64,000 nucleotides of DNA. Origin: Escherichia coli (GTDB lineage Bacteria > Pseudomonadota > Gammaproteobacteria > Enterobacterales > Enterobacteriaceae). Below, one piece after another: positions 11,320 to 21,131 of the stretch. The notes under the pieces are model-generated. The model saw nothing but the letters and a program-made list of their open reading frames with translations. It was not told the DNA's origin and did no database searches. The translations under genes were made by a program, and so were the position numbers. Positions within the stretch are counted from its first letter, which is position 1; each line of letters starts with the position of its first letter. The stretch lies in assembly GCF_003334335.1 (NCBI RefSeq), contig NZ_QOWQ01000009.1; one strand, 5' to 3'.

Positions 11320-12102
11320 TTATTGATTATGGAAGCTCACGCTACTTTTTTCGGCAAAGGCGCGCGTCGCCTGCTGGCAATCCTGAGTGGCAGACATTAA
11401 TCCGGCCAGTAGCTGGTGCGGGTAATCGGCATGTTTATTTTCCAGTGCCAGAATCAGTTGCTTAATATGCGCCAGTGCCACCGGGCCGCATTTTTCCAGC
11501 TGCGCTAACTGGTTCGCCATCCAGCTTTCCACCTGTTCTTTTTCTACCACTTCATCAATTAAATTCGCCGCCTGGGCTTCCTGCGCCGTCAGGCGTTTAC
11601 CCAGCATCAGCATCTGGCGACCGACCACCGGACCAACCTGATTAAGCACACGTTCAATGCCCATCCAGCCAGGCACCATGCCGAGCATCACTTCCGGGTT
11701 AGAGAATTTCGCGCCGGGGCGGGCAATACGAATATCGCAGCACAAGGCCAGTTCAATACCACCGCCGATGGTATGACCGTTGAGATTCGCAACGGTTAAT
11801 TGGGGTAAGTTTCGCAGGCGATTAAAAACGTCATTACCGCGTTTAATCCATTTTCTGCCCATATCTAATGGCGAATAGGCCGACCACGATTTAATATCGC
11901 CGCCCGCACAAAAGAATTTATCGCCGGTTGCCGTTAATTCGACTAATCGTAATGTGGTGTCGTTTTCAATTTCATTTAAATAATGGTCGAGAGATTCGAT
12001 CATCTCTTCGTTAATAGCATGACATTTATCTTCACGGTTCAATGTCAGGCGGCAGGAAGCCGCCGCTCTGCTGAACAGAACGGGTTGGTCACTCATGATC
12101 AT
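11320..12102 (-). CDS. Enoyl-CoA hydratase/isomerase (crotonase superfamily)
   Basis: 260 aa; oxyanion-hole motifs FCAGGDIK and TIGGGIELALCCD. Confidence 0.75.
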   Translation of the reverse strand: MIMSDQPVLFSRAAASCRLTLNREDKCHAINEEMIESLDHYLNEIENDTTLRLVELTATGDKFFCAGGDIKSWSAYSPLDMGRKWIKRGNDVFNRLRNLPQLTVANLNGHTIGGGIELALCCDIRIARPGAKFSNPEVMLGMVPGWMGIERVLNQVGPVVGRQMLMLGKRLTAQEAQAANLIDEVVEKEQVESWMANQLAQLEKCGPVALAHIKQLILALENKHADYPHQLLAGLMSATQDCQQATRAFAEKSSVSFHNQ

Positions 12103-12105
12103 TCC

Positions 12106-12948
12106 TTAACAATAATGCGCGATGCGATCGACGCTAATATCCAGCGTGCTGTTAATATCTTTTTGCCACCAGTACGGCGAGAATATTTCCAGTTCAATAG
12201 CGCCATTAAATCCGGCGTTTTCAACCAGCCGACGAATTGACGGAATATTGATGACGCCATCTCCCGGCATACCACGGTCATTGACCAGATCAGTGGTCGG
12301 CACTAACCAGTCGGAAACATGAAACGCGAGGATGCGTTTTCCGGCACGCAGGATCTGACTGGCGAGATCCGGATCCCACCAGACGTGATAAACATCCACC
12401 GCCACGCCGAGGCCAAACTCACCATCGGGATCGAGTTCATCACACCAGTCCAGCGCCTGGCGTAACGTGCACAGGCAAGAGCGATCGGCAGCTGTCATCG
12501 GGTGCAGTGGCTCCAGCGCAATTGGCACGCCGACATCTTTCGAATGTGGCAGCAACTGGCGAATCCCTTGTTTCACTTGTTCTCGCGCTTCATATAGATC
12601 TTTAGTGCCCGTTGGCAGACCGCCAACCACCTGCATATAACAGGCGGCGTTAAGCACCGCTGCGTCGTCCAGCGCCCGGCGGTTATCATCAATCGCCAGT
12701 TTGCGTTCCGCCAGTGTCGGCGCGGTGTAGTAAGTGCTACGGCACAAACCGGAAACGCTCATGTTACTGGCGGCAAGCTGGTGGGCGATTTGCTGGAGAT
12801 CTTCACCTTGCAACTCCCTGCGCCAGGGAGCAATCGCGCCAATACCACGCGCGGCGCAGGCATCAATAATGGCGGGTAGCGGCGTTTTATAGCCCAGTGT
12901 TGCGGTATTGATACTGAATAAATCCGGGCGTTGTAACAGATCTCTCAT
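12106..12948 (-). CDS. Xylose-isomerase-like TIM-barrel enzyme (sugar phosphate isomerase/epimerase or dehydratase family)
   Basis: 280 aa; candidate metal ligands in ALEPLH, DVYH and ELEIF contexts. Confidence 0.6.
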   Translation of the reverse strand: MRDLLQRPDLFSINTATLGYKTPLPAIIDACAARGIGAIAPWRRELQGEDLQQIAHQLAASNMSVSGLCRSTYYTAPTLAERKLAIDDNRRALDDAAVLNAACYMQVVGGLPTGTKDLYEAREQVKQGIRQLLPHSKDVGVPIALEPLHPMTAADRSCLCTLRQALDWCDELDPDGEFGLGVAVDVYHVWWDPDLASQILRAGKRILAFHVSDWLVPTTDLVNDRGMPGDGVINIPSIRRLVENAGFNGAIELEIFSPYWWQKDINSTLDISVDRIAHYC

Positions 12949-12957
12949 GATTCAGCC

Positions 12958-13749
12958 TCAGAAGCGCGGCATACTTAAGCCGCCGTCGATGGCGACCGCC
13001 TGACCACAGGTGTAAATCAGTTTACCTTCCGCCATCGCGCGGACAGTGGAAGCAATATCAGCCGGATAACCCCAACGTCCCCACGGCACCAGACCTTTGG
13101 CAATCAGTTCGTCGTAATAAGCCGTTGCCGGAATAGTCATATCAGTTTTGATGAGACCTGGGCGCACTTCATAAACGCCAATTTGTTCATTACAAAGGCG
13201 AGCTGCAAATAGACGAGCAGCGGCAGAAACGGCGGTTTTGGCAATGGTGTATTCGCCGCGATTCATCGCCAGCATGATGGCGTTGATGGAACTGACGAAA
13301 ATAATCGAGCGGTGCGGCAGTTCCGCTTCCGGTTTCGGCTGTGCCAGTAAACGCTTACTGAATGCCTGAGCAAGGAAGAACGGCGCGCGGGTGTTAATGG
13401 CAATGTTTTGATCGAAGCTGTCTGGTTCGAGGTCGAGGAGGTCACCGCGTTTTTTCACTGAAATGCCTGCGTTGTTGAGCAGGCAGTCCAGACGTCCCCA
13501 CAGGTTTTGCGCCGCGTCGAGCATCTCTTCATGCAAGGAGAGATCGCCGACATCGGCAGGGAAGCAAATCACTTCCACGCCTTCAGCTATACATTCTTGT
13601 TGTGTGATATGCAGTTTTTCTACGCTGTCGGCATCGGGAAGATCGTTAATCAGCAGGTTAAATCCGCCACGAGCAAGCTCCAGCGCACAGCCCTTTCCAA
13701 TACCACGAGCGGCTCCGGTAATCACGGCAACAGGACGAGTGGATTTCAT
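12958..13749 (-). CDS. Short-chain dehydrogenase/reductase (SDR)
   Basis: TGAARGIG Rossmann motif, NNAG motif, catalytic YTIAK (YxxxK); start taken at ATG 13749 (MKSTRPVAVITG...) rather than the TTG at 13791. Confidence 0.8.
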   Translation of the reverse strand: MKSTRPVAVITGAARGIGKGCALELARGGFNLLINDLPDADSVEKLHITQQECIAEGVEVICFPADVGDLSLHEEMLDAAQNLWGRLDCLLNNAGISVKKRGDLLDLEPDSFDQNIAINTRAPFFLAQAFSKRLLAQPKPEAELPHRSIIFVSSINAIMLAMNRGEYTIAKTAVSAAARLFAARLCNEQIGVYEVRPGLIKTDMTIPATAYYDELIAKGLVPWGRWGYPADIASTVRAMAEGKLIYTCGQAVAIDGGLSMPRF

Positions 13750-13817
13750 ACAATAGCTCTCTTTTTTTGAATATTGTTTTCTAAGTGACAATTAGCTTGC
13801 GACGTGCCGCAAGAAAG

Positions 13818-13839
13818 ATCAACCATCTGGTTGGTTGAT
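13818..13839. promoter_or_regulatory. Candidate TetR operator in the divergent SDR/TetR promoter region
   Basis: Perfect inverted repeat ATCAACCA-N6-TGGTTGAT between the divergent starts (13749 and 13962). Confidence 0.4.
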
Positions 13840-13961
13840 ATGCGATAGTGATCACAGGACATTTGATAACTTGATGAAAGTACAAGTTTTTATCCTTTTT
13901 ACTGGAGCTTCTAATTAATCGGGTTAAGATAGTTATCTTGAAGAGGTCGTGGGGAAGCGTT

Positions 13962-14609
13962 ATGTATCTTGATACCAGCAACGTACAGAGCCTGAAGGAA
14001 AAGCTGCTGTTATGCGCGGTTAATGAATTTGCCGAATATGGTTATGAAGGGGCCAGGGTCGATAATATTGTTAAGGCTGCGGGGTGTAGTAAACAGACGG
14101 TTTATCATCACTTTGGTAATAAAGAAAATTTATTTATTGAAGTACTGGAATATACCTGGAACGATATTCGACAAAAAGAAAAGGCCCTTGATTTCTCAGA
14201 TCTTCCGCCACAAAAAGCCATTGAGAAAATTATTGATTTTACATGGGATTATTATATTGCTAATCCCTGGTTTTTAAAAATTGTGCATAGTGAAAATCAA
14301 AGTAAAGGTGTGCATTATGCAAAATCACAGCGTCTCTTAGAAATTAACCATGCGCACTTGCAGTTAATGGAATCCTTATTGGATGAAGGGAAGAAACACA
14401 ATATTTTTAAGCCAGATATCGACCCATTGCAGGTGAATATTAATATTGCTGCGCTTGGCGGATATTATTTGATCAACCAGCATACGCTTGGCCTGGTTTA
14501 TCATATCAGTATGGTTTCCCCCCAGGCACTGGAAGCCAGACGTAAGGTCATCAAAGAGACAATCCTTAGCTGGCTTTTGGTTGACCCTTCATCTACCGCG
14601 CACGAATAA
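13962..14609 (+). CDS. TetR/AcrR-family transcriptional regulator
   Basis: N-terminal HTH ([28 protein letters not shown]); AT-rich gene; start taken at ATG 13962 (the ORF track starts at TTG 13938). Confidence 0.8.
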
Positions 14610-15231
14610 AACTGCCATCCGGCTGGCGGGTGAACAGGACCTGTTGATTATTCCCCGTATCAATGGTTAAGCCCGTCACCACGCCGCTGGCGTTCTGGCG
14701 GATTTTCACCATTTGCCCGTTTTGCAAATTACTCAGCGGCTTACCCGCGCCTTCTACCTGCGCCATTGCATAGACATCGGTAGCGGGCAGTCCGTGGTCG
14801 CGGAACAGCTGCGCCATCGTTTTACCGGGTTCGACACGGTAAGAGCGCCATTGATTATCAATTCCGCTATCTGGCTGGAATGGTTGTGTTTGGGTAGTTT
14901 GCGGCTGTTCTTCTGGCTGGCCTTCCTGTATAGGTTCTGGAGCGACCGGAGCCACCTGATCAGGATCATTTTGTGGTGTGACTAATTGCGCCCGCAGCTG
15001 TTCTTCTGTCGGCGGTTGTGATTGCGACTGAATATCTAACTGCGCTTCACGCGTCACCACCGGCGCGTTGGGCGTATCATCAGATGGAAGCAGAAATCCG
15101 ACCACCAATATAATGGCGGCAATAATGATCCCCCGACGATGCATCGGCGGCAGCGGGTCCATGAAGCGAAAATTGTCCGGCGCGTGCCAGACTTTCTCCA
15201 GGGTTGGTTTTAGTTCAAAGCGCCCGGGCAT
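14593..15231 (-). CDS. ytfB: OapA/LysM-domain cell-division-associated protein
   Basis: Start taken at [26 protein letters not shown]...; proline/glutamine-rich linker and C-terminal OapA-like domain; 3' end overlaps the TetR gene by 17 bp. Confidence 0.85.
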
Positions 15232-15449
15232 GGTTTCCTCCTGCTCCGCGTCTTGTTCCTCAATCATAGCCTATGAATAAGCTAACGCTATGATGTCCGT
15301 GGTAAACCCGCCTTTATTATATTCATACGGGATATTGCTATTGTTTCTTTTTCCCCGGGATTTGTCATCATTCCTGCGACAAAGTTTTACCCAAAGAAGT
15401 GTGGCTGATATGCTGCCCGCTACTTTTATACCCTAAGAAAGGAAATACG

Positions 15450-16070
15450 ATGACCACCCCAACTTTTGACACCATCGAAGCGCAAGCAAGCTACGGCATT
15501 GGTTTACAGGTAGGCCAACAACTGAGTGAATCTGGCCTGCAAGGGCTGCTGCCGGAGGCGCTGGTGGCTGGTATTGCAGATGCGCTGGAAGGCAAACATC
15601 CGGCTGTTCCGGTTGATGTGGTGCATCGCGCGCTGCGTGAAATCCACGAACGCGCCGATGCCGTTCGTCGTCAGCGTTTCCAGGCGATGGCTGCCGAAGG
15701 TGTGAAATATCTTGAAGAAAATGCCAAAAAAGAAGGTGTGAACAGCACCGAATCTGGCCTGCAATTCCGCGTGATCAACCAGGGTGAAGGCGCAATTCCG
15801 GCACGTACTGACCGCGTTCGTGTTCATTACACCGGTAAACTGATCGACGGCACCGTGTTTGACAGCTCCGTTGCTCGTGGTGAACCCGCTGAATTCCCGG
15901 TTAATGGCGTGATCCCTGGCTGGATTGAAGCACTGACTCTGATGCCGGTAGGTTCTAAATGGGAACTGACTATCCCGCAGGAACTGGCATATGGCGAGCG
16001 CGGCGCAGGCGCATCCATCCCTCCGTTCAGCACCCTGGTGTTTGAAGTCGAACTGCTGGAAATCCTCTAA
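15450..16070 (+). CDS. fklB: FKBP-type peptidyl-prolyl cis-trans isomerase
   Basis: Internal ATG at 15450 ([18 protein letters not shown]...) gives 206 aa; FKBP C-terminal domain. Confidence 0.93.
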   Translation: MTTPTFDTIEAQASYGIGLQVGQQLSESGLQGLLPEALVAGIADALEGKHPAVPVDVVHRALREIHERADAVRRQRFQAMAAEGVKYLEENAKKEGVNSTESGLQFRVINQGEGAIPARTDRVRVHYTGKLIDGTVFDSSVARGEPAEFPVNGVIPGWIEALTLMPVGSKWELTIPQELAYGERGAGASIPPFSTLVFEVELLEIL

Positions 16071-16378
16071 GCAGCGCATTCTGTTCCCCTCGAACCAGAG
16101 GGGAGCAGGCATTCAGCAATAAACCCTTCAGTTTGCCAAACGGCGCTATTTTGTGTTGCAAAGACCCCGTAAGCGTGTATTTTTGTGAGCTGTTTCGCGT
16201 TATCACCGTGATATGACACTCACTTTAAACATAAAATTAACATTAGATCTAAATCTTAGTATTCATCCCGCGTATTGTTACCTAATATCGATGAGTCCCG
16301 ATACAGATTCGTCGTATCATAGACTGACTAAAGGCCGTAGAGCCTGAACAACACAGACAGGTACAGGAAGAAAAAAAC

Positions 16379-17791
16379 ATGGTAGATCAGGTAAAAGTCG
16401 TTGCCGATGATCAGGCTCCGGCTGAACAGTCGCTACGGCGCAATCTCACAAACCGACATATTCAGCTTATTGCCATTGGCGGTGCCATTGGTACGGGGTT
16501 GTTTATGGGGTCTGGCAAAACGATTAGCCTTGCCGGGCCGTCGATCATTTTCGTTTATATGATCATCGGTTTTATGCTCTTTTTCGTGATGCGGGCAATG
16601 GGGGAATTGCTGCTTTCGAATCTGGAATACAAATCTTTTAGTGACTTCGCTTCCGATTTACTCGGGCCGTGGGCAGGATATTTCACCGGCTGGACTTACT
16701 GGTTCTGCTGGGTTGTAACCGGTATGGCAGACGTGGTGGCGATCACTGCTTATGCTCAGTTCTGGTTCCCCGATCTCTCCGACTGGGTCGCCTCGCTGGC
16801 GGTGATAGTGCTGCTGTTGACGCTCAACCTTGCCACCGTGAAAATGTTCGGTGAGATGGAGTTCTGGTTTGCGATGATCAAAATCGTCGCCATCGTGTCG
16901 CTGATTGTCGTCGGCCTGGTCATGGTGGCGATGCACTTTCAGTCACCGACCGGTGTGGAAGCGTCATTCGCGCATTTGTGGAATGACGGCGGCTGGTTCC
17001 CGAAAGGTTTAAGTGGCTTCTTTGCCGGATTCCAGATAGCGGTTTTCGCTTTCGTGGGGATTGAGCTGGTAGGTACAACAGCTGCGGAAACCAAAGATCC
17101 GGAGAAATCACTGCCACGCGCGATTAACTCCATTCCGATCCGTATCATTATGTTCTACGTCTTCGCGCTGATTGTGATTATGTCCGTGACGCCGTGGAGT
17201 TCGGTAGTCCCGGAGAAAAGCCCGTTTGTTGAACTGTTCGTGTTGGTAGGGCTGCCTGCTGCCGCAAGCGTGATCAACTTTGTGGTGCTGACCTCTGCGG
17301 CGTCTTCCGCTAACAGCGGCGTCTTCTCTACCAGCCGTATGCTGTTTGGTCTGGCGCAGGAAGGTGTGGCACCGAAAGCGTTCGCTAAACTTTCTAAGCG
17401 CGCAGTACCAGCGAAAGGGCTGACCTTCTCCTGCATCTGCCTGCTCGGTGGCGTGGTGATGCTGTATGTGAATCCTAGCGTGATTGGCGCGTTCACGATG
17501 ATTACAACCGTTTCCGCGATTCTGTTTATGTTCGTCTGGACGATTATCCTTTGCTCGTACCTGGTTTACCGCAAACAGCGTCCTCATCTGCATGAGAAGT
17601 CGATCTACAAGATGCCGCTCGGCAAGCTGATGTGCTGGGTATGTATGGCGTTCTTTGTGTTCGTGGTCGTGTTGCTGACACTGGAAGATGACACTCGCCA
17701 GGCGCTGTTGGTCACCCCGCTGTGGTTTATCGCACTGGGGCTGGGCTGGTTGTTTATTGGTAAGAAGCGGGCTGCTGAACTGCGGAAATAA
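16379..17791 (+). CDS. cycA: D-serine/D-alanine/glycine:H+ symporter (APC family)
   Basis: 470 aa, MVDQVKVVADDQAPAEQSLRRNLTNRHIQLIAIGGAIGTGLF... Confidence 0.95.
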   Translation: MVDQVKVVADDQAPAEQSLRRNLTNRHIQLIAIGGAIGTGLFMGSGKTISLAGPSIIFVYMIIGFMLFFVMRAMGELLLSNLEYKSFSDFASDLLGPWAGYFTGWTYWFCWVVTGMADVVAITAYAQFWFPDLSDWVASLAVIVLLLTLNLATVKMFGEMEFWFAMIKIVAIVSLIVVGLVMVAMHFQSPTGVEASFAHLWNDGGWFPKGLSGFFAGFQIAVFAFVGIELVGTTAAETKDPEKSLPRAINSIPIRIIMFYVFALIVIMSVTPWSSVVPEKSPFVELFVLVGLPAAASVINFVVLTSAASSANSGVFSTSRMLFGLAQEGVAPKAFAKLSKRAVPAKGLTFSCICLLGGVVMLYVNPSVIGAFTMITTVSAILFMFVWTIILCSYLVYRKQRPHLHEKSIYKMPLGKLMCWVCMAFFVFVVVLLTLEDDTRQALLVTPLWFIALGLGWLFIGKKRAAELRK

Positions 17792-17835
17792 CCGCATTAT
17801 CATGCTGGATGGCGCAATGCCATCCAGCTTTTAGA

Positions 17836-18498
17836 TTACTCACCCGCCAGCGCGCGTGGGAACAGTACATTGTTTTCCAGACTGATGTGATCCATCAGGT
17901 CATCAATCAGTTCATTAATGCCGTTATACATCGCTTTCCAGGTGGTGCAGGCTTCTGGCGGCGGTGTGACGTTATTGGTAGTGTGTTTGATCACTTCCAG
18001 CAGTTCGCCCGCTTCATCGTGCTCGCTTTCCATTACGCTGATTGGCCCCATTGCCTGGCTGCCCATGCCTTGTTTGATCATCGGGAAGAGGATCTGCTCT
18101 TCTTTCATCATGTGGCTGGAAAGCTCTTCATGCAGCATGGTCAGGTATTTTGTCAGCCCTTTTGGCACGCTCGGTTTGTCGGCGTGAACGCGCTCGACTT
18201 TAGTCGCTTGCAGGATCAGCTCCGGCAGTTGCTCGCGGTGACGATCGTGGTAGCGCACGATGATATGGTCGATGATTTCTGCCAGCGGGGCGCTACGCCA
18301 GTCTTTCTCAATCGGTTGTTCAGCAAGCTTTGCCAGCTCAGCTTCAATGACCTCAACATCCAGTTCTTTACGTGCCGCCGCACGCGCCAGCGTTTGCTTA
18401 CCGCCGCAGCAGTAATCCATATCATATTTACGAAACAGAGCCGAAGCGCGAGGGATAGAGAGCGCCAGTTCACCTAAAGGTTGGTCGCGATAAGCCAT
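17836..18498 (-). CDS. ytfE: Iron-sulfur cluster repair di-iron protein
   Basis: 220 aa, [33 protein letters not shown]...; hemerythrin-like. Confidence 0.95.
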   Translation of the reverse strand: MAYRDQPLGELALSIPRASALFRKYDMDYCCGGKQTLARAAARKELDVEVIEAELAKLAEQPIEKDWRSAPLAEIIDHIIVRYHDRHREQLPELILQATKVERVHADKPSVPKGLTKYLTMLHEELSSHMMKEEQILFPMIKQGMGSQAMGPISVMESEHDEAGELLEVIKHTTNNVTPPPEACTTWKAMYNGINELIDDLMDHISLENNVLFPRALAGE

Positions 18499-18524
18499 AG
18501 CTGATACCTCATTCTTAATAAGAT

Positions 18525-18547
18525 AAGATGTATTTTAAATGCATCTT
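18525..18547. promoter_or_regulatory. NsrR-type operator upstream of ytfE
   Basis: AAGATGTATTTTAAATGCATCTT: 11-1-11 palindrome matching the NsrR consensus, about 30 bp upstream of the ytfE start. Confidence 0.7.
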
Positions 18548-18605
18548 TAAGGCAAATGCTATAACCCTTACGTAGCAGAGGCTTATTTAACTCACTGCCA
18601 GTATG

Positions 18606-19580
18606 TCAACTTTCTGAGACAGATTCAGTTAAAGGCTTTTCCGGTTTTGCTCTGACTGCAATGACCACGCCAACCACTAACAGCGCGATACCGCTCAGCG
18701 TCATCAGCGGCGGCATTTGCTGGCGTATCAAAAAGGTGTACAGCAAACCTGCCAGTGTTTCGAAAACGATCAGCGGCCCGAGAATCACTGTCGGTAATCG
18801 CTGGCTGGCGACGTTCCAGCAGAGTGCGCCAACCCATGAGCAAAGCACGGCTATCGCAACCATCAGACTAATAAACACCAGCGGACGGGGGCCAAAAGGT
18901 AAGGAGAAGTCCGGCGTTTGTATATTCAGCCAGTAACAGGCGACGAGATAGCCGATGAGAGAAACCGGCAGCGTGACCAGCGCCTGCGCCGTCGCCCACA
19001 TCATCGGATGTTTGTCGGGATTTTCCCGCAGCCAGCGGGCGTTGCGCAGGGCATACCATGCCCAGCAGACCACGGAAACTAACGCTAGCACGATGCCAGA
19101 GGTATAACGTGCCCAGTCAAAATCGGGGAGTCCGTGGTTTAACTCAGCAATATTCACACACGCCAGGCCGATGCCAATACAAATCAGTGCCGGGGCGAGT
19201 TTTCCCCACGCGAGTTTGCCGTCGCGCTGGCTATAAAGCAGATTGGCAAAGACAGGAATGACCACCGGCAGGGTGCCAATAATCATCGTAGAAACAGGCG
19301 CGCCAGTACGTTGAATGGCACTGGCAAGGCAGAAGTAATAGATGAGGTTGCCCATCATAGTGAGCATCAAGGCGGTAAGCCAGTCGCGACGCGCCAACTG
19401 ACGCAGACGCACGCGTCCCAGCCAGGCAATGGGTAGCGCAATTAACCCTAACGCCAGATAACGCCCCATCGACTGCAACATCGCCGGGTATTCCGGCACG
19501 ATCAACGGCCCGACAAAAATAAGCCCCCACATCAACCCTGCTAACAGGGCGTACAGCACGCCGCTAATCATTACTGGCAT
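18606..19580 (-). CDS. ytfF: EamA/DMT-family inner membrane transporter
   Basis: 324 aa polytopic membrane protein; real start may be a few codons internal. Confidence 0.85.
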   Translation of the reverse strand: MPVMISGVLYALLAGLMWGLIFVGPLIVPEYPAMLQSMGRYLALGLIALPIAWLGRVRLRQLARRDWLTALMLTMMGNLIYYFCLASAIQRTGAPVSTMIIGTLPVVIPVFANLLYSQRDGKLAWGKLAPALICIGIGLACVNIAELNHGLPDFDWARYTSGIVLALVSVVCWAWYALRNARWLRENPDKHPMMWATAQALVTLPVSLIGYLVACYWLNIQTPDFSLPFGPRPLVFISLMVAIAVLCSWVGALCWNVASQRLPTVILGPLIVFETLAGLLYTFLIRQQMPPLMTLSGIALLVVGVVIAVRAKPEKPLTESVSES

Positions 19581-19679
19581 CCATTGGTCTGTCAGAAGAA
19601 ACGTTCAGGAAGCAGACATGATTGCTCCCGGCATCCCGTCATTATCAGAGAGGATGCGGGAGGATGCCACTTTAATTAA

Positions 19680-20540
19680 CTATTTATTAACATTAAAAAG
19701 ATGGCTTACGCTTTCGGCTAACGTTGTCGTTGGGCGGCCAATCAATTTGCTCAGCGTTTTGCTGTCATCAAACAGACCGCCTTTCGATGCGCCAACGTCA
19801 GAATCCGCCAGCATATCCGCCAGTCCGTCAGGCAGGCCAACGCTTTTCAGCGCCGCAGCGAAATCGGTTTCGCTCAGATTTTGATAGGTAACCTGTTTGC
19901 CGCTCTGTTTGGTCAGCTCTGCCGCTAACTGTGTCAACGTCCAGGCACTATCGCCCGCCAGCTCGTAAACCTTGCCTTCGTGACCGGCTTCGCTAATCAC
20001 GCGTGCCGCAGCTGCCGCATAATCTGCCCGCGTTGCCGAGGCAATTTTGCCATCGCCCGCGGCACCGATAAATACGCCGTGCTCCAGTGCTGCCGGGGCG
20101 CTGGCGAGATAGTTTTCGGTGTACCAGCCGTTGCGCAGCAGGGTGTAAACGATGCCAGAATCAGCCAACATTTTCTCCGTCTCGATGTGCTCATCGGCGA
20201 GGCCGAGCGGAGATTTATCCGCGTGAAGCAGACTGGTATAAGCGATAAATTTCACGCCAGCCGTCTTTGCGGCATTAATAACATTACGATGCTGCGGGGC
20301 ACGTTGACCCACTTCGCTGGAAGAGATCAGCAGTAGTTTTTCCACTCCCTGAAGTGCAGATGTCAGTGCGGCTTCATCGCCGTAGTCAGCCTGACGCACG
20401 GTAATGCCTTGTGCTGTCAGTGCCTGGGCTTTTGCCGGATTACGAACGATAGCCACTATTTGGCTGGCAGGAACCGTTTTCATCAAGGATTTAATAACAT
20501 AGTGACCAAGTTGGCCAGTGGCACCAGTAATAGCGATCAT
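19680..20540 (-). CDS. qorB: NAD(P)H:quinone oxidoreductase (NmrA-like)
   Basis: 286 aa, MIAITGATGQLGHYVIKSL... Rossmann motif; formerly ytfG. Confidence 0.92.
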   Translation of the reverse strand: MIAITGATGQLGHYVIKSLMKTVPASQIVAIVRNPAKAQALTAQGITVRQADYGDEAALTSALQGVEKLLLISSSEVGQRAPQHRNVINAAKTAGVKFIAYTSLLHADKSPLGLADEHIETEKMLADSGIVYTLLRNGWYTENYLASAPAALEHGVFIGAAGDGKIASATRADYAAAAARVISEAGHEGKVYELAGDSAWTLTQLAAELTKQSGKQVTYQNLSETDFAAALKSVGLPDGLADMLADSDVGASKGGLFDDSKTLSKLIGRPTTTLAESVSHLFNVNK

Positions 20541-20628
20541 GGGAAGTCTCCATCGTTTTGTCTTGTGTTTAAATACGCTAACACCTAAACTTACTTTTAG
20601 TAAGTACGTACAAAAAGGTAAGTATGAA

Positions 20629-21009
20629 ATGAGTCAGGTTAGCCTGTCACAACAACTGAAAGAGGGTAATCTCTTTGCGGAACAGTGCCCGTCGCGCGAG
20701 GTGTTGAAACACGTCACCAGCCGTTGGGGGGTGTTGATTCTGGTGGCGCTACGCGAAGGTACTCATCGCTTTAGCGACCTGCGGCGCAAAATCGGTGGGG
20801 TGAGTGAAAAGATGCTTGCGCAGTCGTTACAGGCGTTAGAACAGGATGGTTTTCTTAACCGTATCGCGTATCCGGTGGTGCCGCCGCATGTGGAATATAG
20901 CCTCACGCCGCTGGGCGAGCAGGTGAGCGAAAAGGTTGCTGCACTGGCGGACTGGATTGAGTTGAATTTGCCCGAGGTGTTGGCGGTGCGGGATGAACGT
21001 GCGGCATAA
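20629..21009 (+). CDS. ytfH: HxlR-type winged-helix transcriptional regulator
   Basis: Internal ATG at 20629 (MSQVSLSQQLKEGNLFAEQCPSREVL...) gives 126 aa; divergent from qorB. Confidence 0.88.
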   Translation: MSQVSLSQQLKEGNLFAEQCPSREVLKHVTSRWGVLILVALREGTHRFSDLRRKIGGVSEKMLAQSLQALEQDGFLNRIAYPVVPPHVEYSLTPLGEQVSEKVAALADWIELNLPEVLAVRDERAA

Positions 21010-21110
21010 CTGCCGGCTGCGCTTATCCGGCCTACGGTTCATGACTTGTAGGGCGGATAAGATGCGCCAGCATCGCATCCGACAAAAGTGCCGGATGCGG
21101 TTGATGATTT
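21010..21110. repeat. REP/BIME repetitive extragenic palindromic cluster
   Basis: REP-like motifs gccggatgcg ... cttatccggcctac in the ytfH-cpdB intergenic region. Confidence 0.6.
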
Positions 21111-21131
21111 ATAGGCCGAAAAAGAAGTGTA

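Noticed and set aside
13938..13961. TTG start at 13938 for the TetR gene and TTG start at 13791 for the SDR gene, as given by the ORF track
   Set aside because: Downstream ATG codons (13962 and 13749) have better-placed purine-rich RBS-like sequences and give N-termini typical of the families; the longer forms were not adopted.
17108..18477. 231-aa (minus) and 222-aa (plus) ORFs overlapping cycA and ytfE
   Set aside because: Both are antisense to confidently identified genes and are histidine/arginine/glutamine-rich; shadow ORFs.
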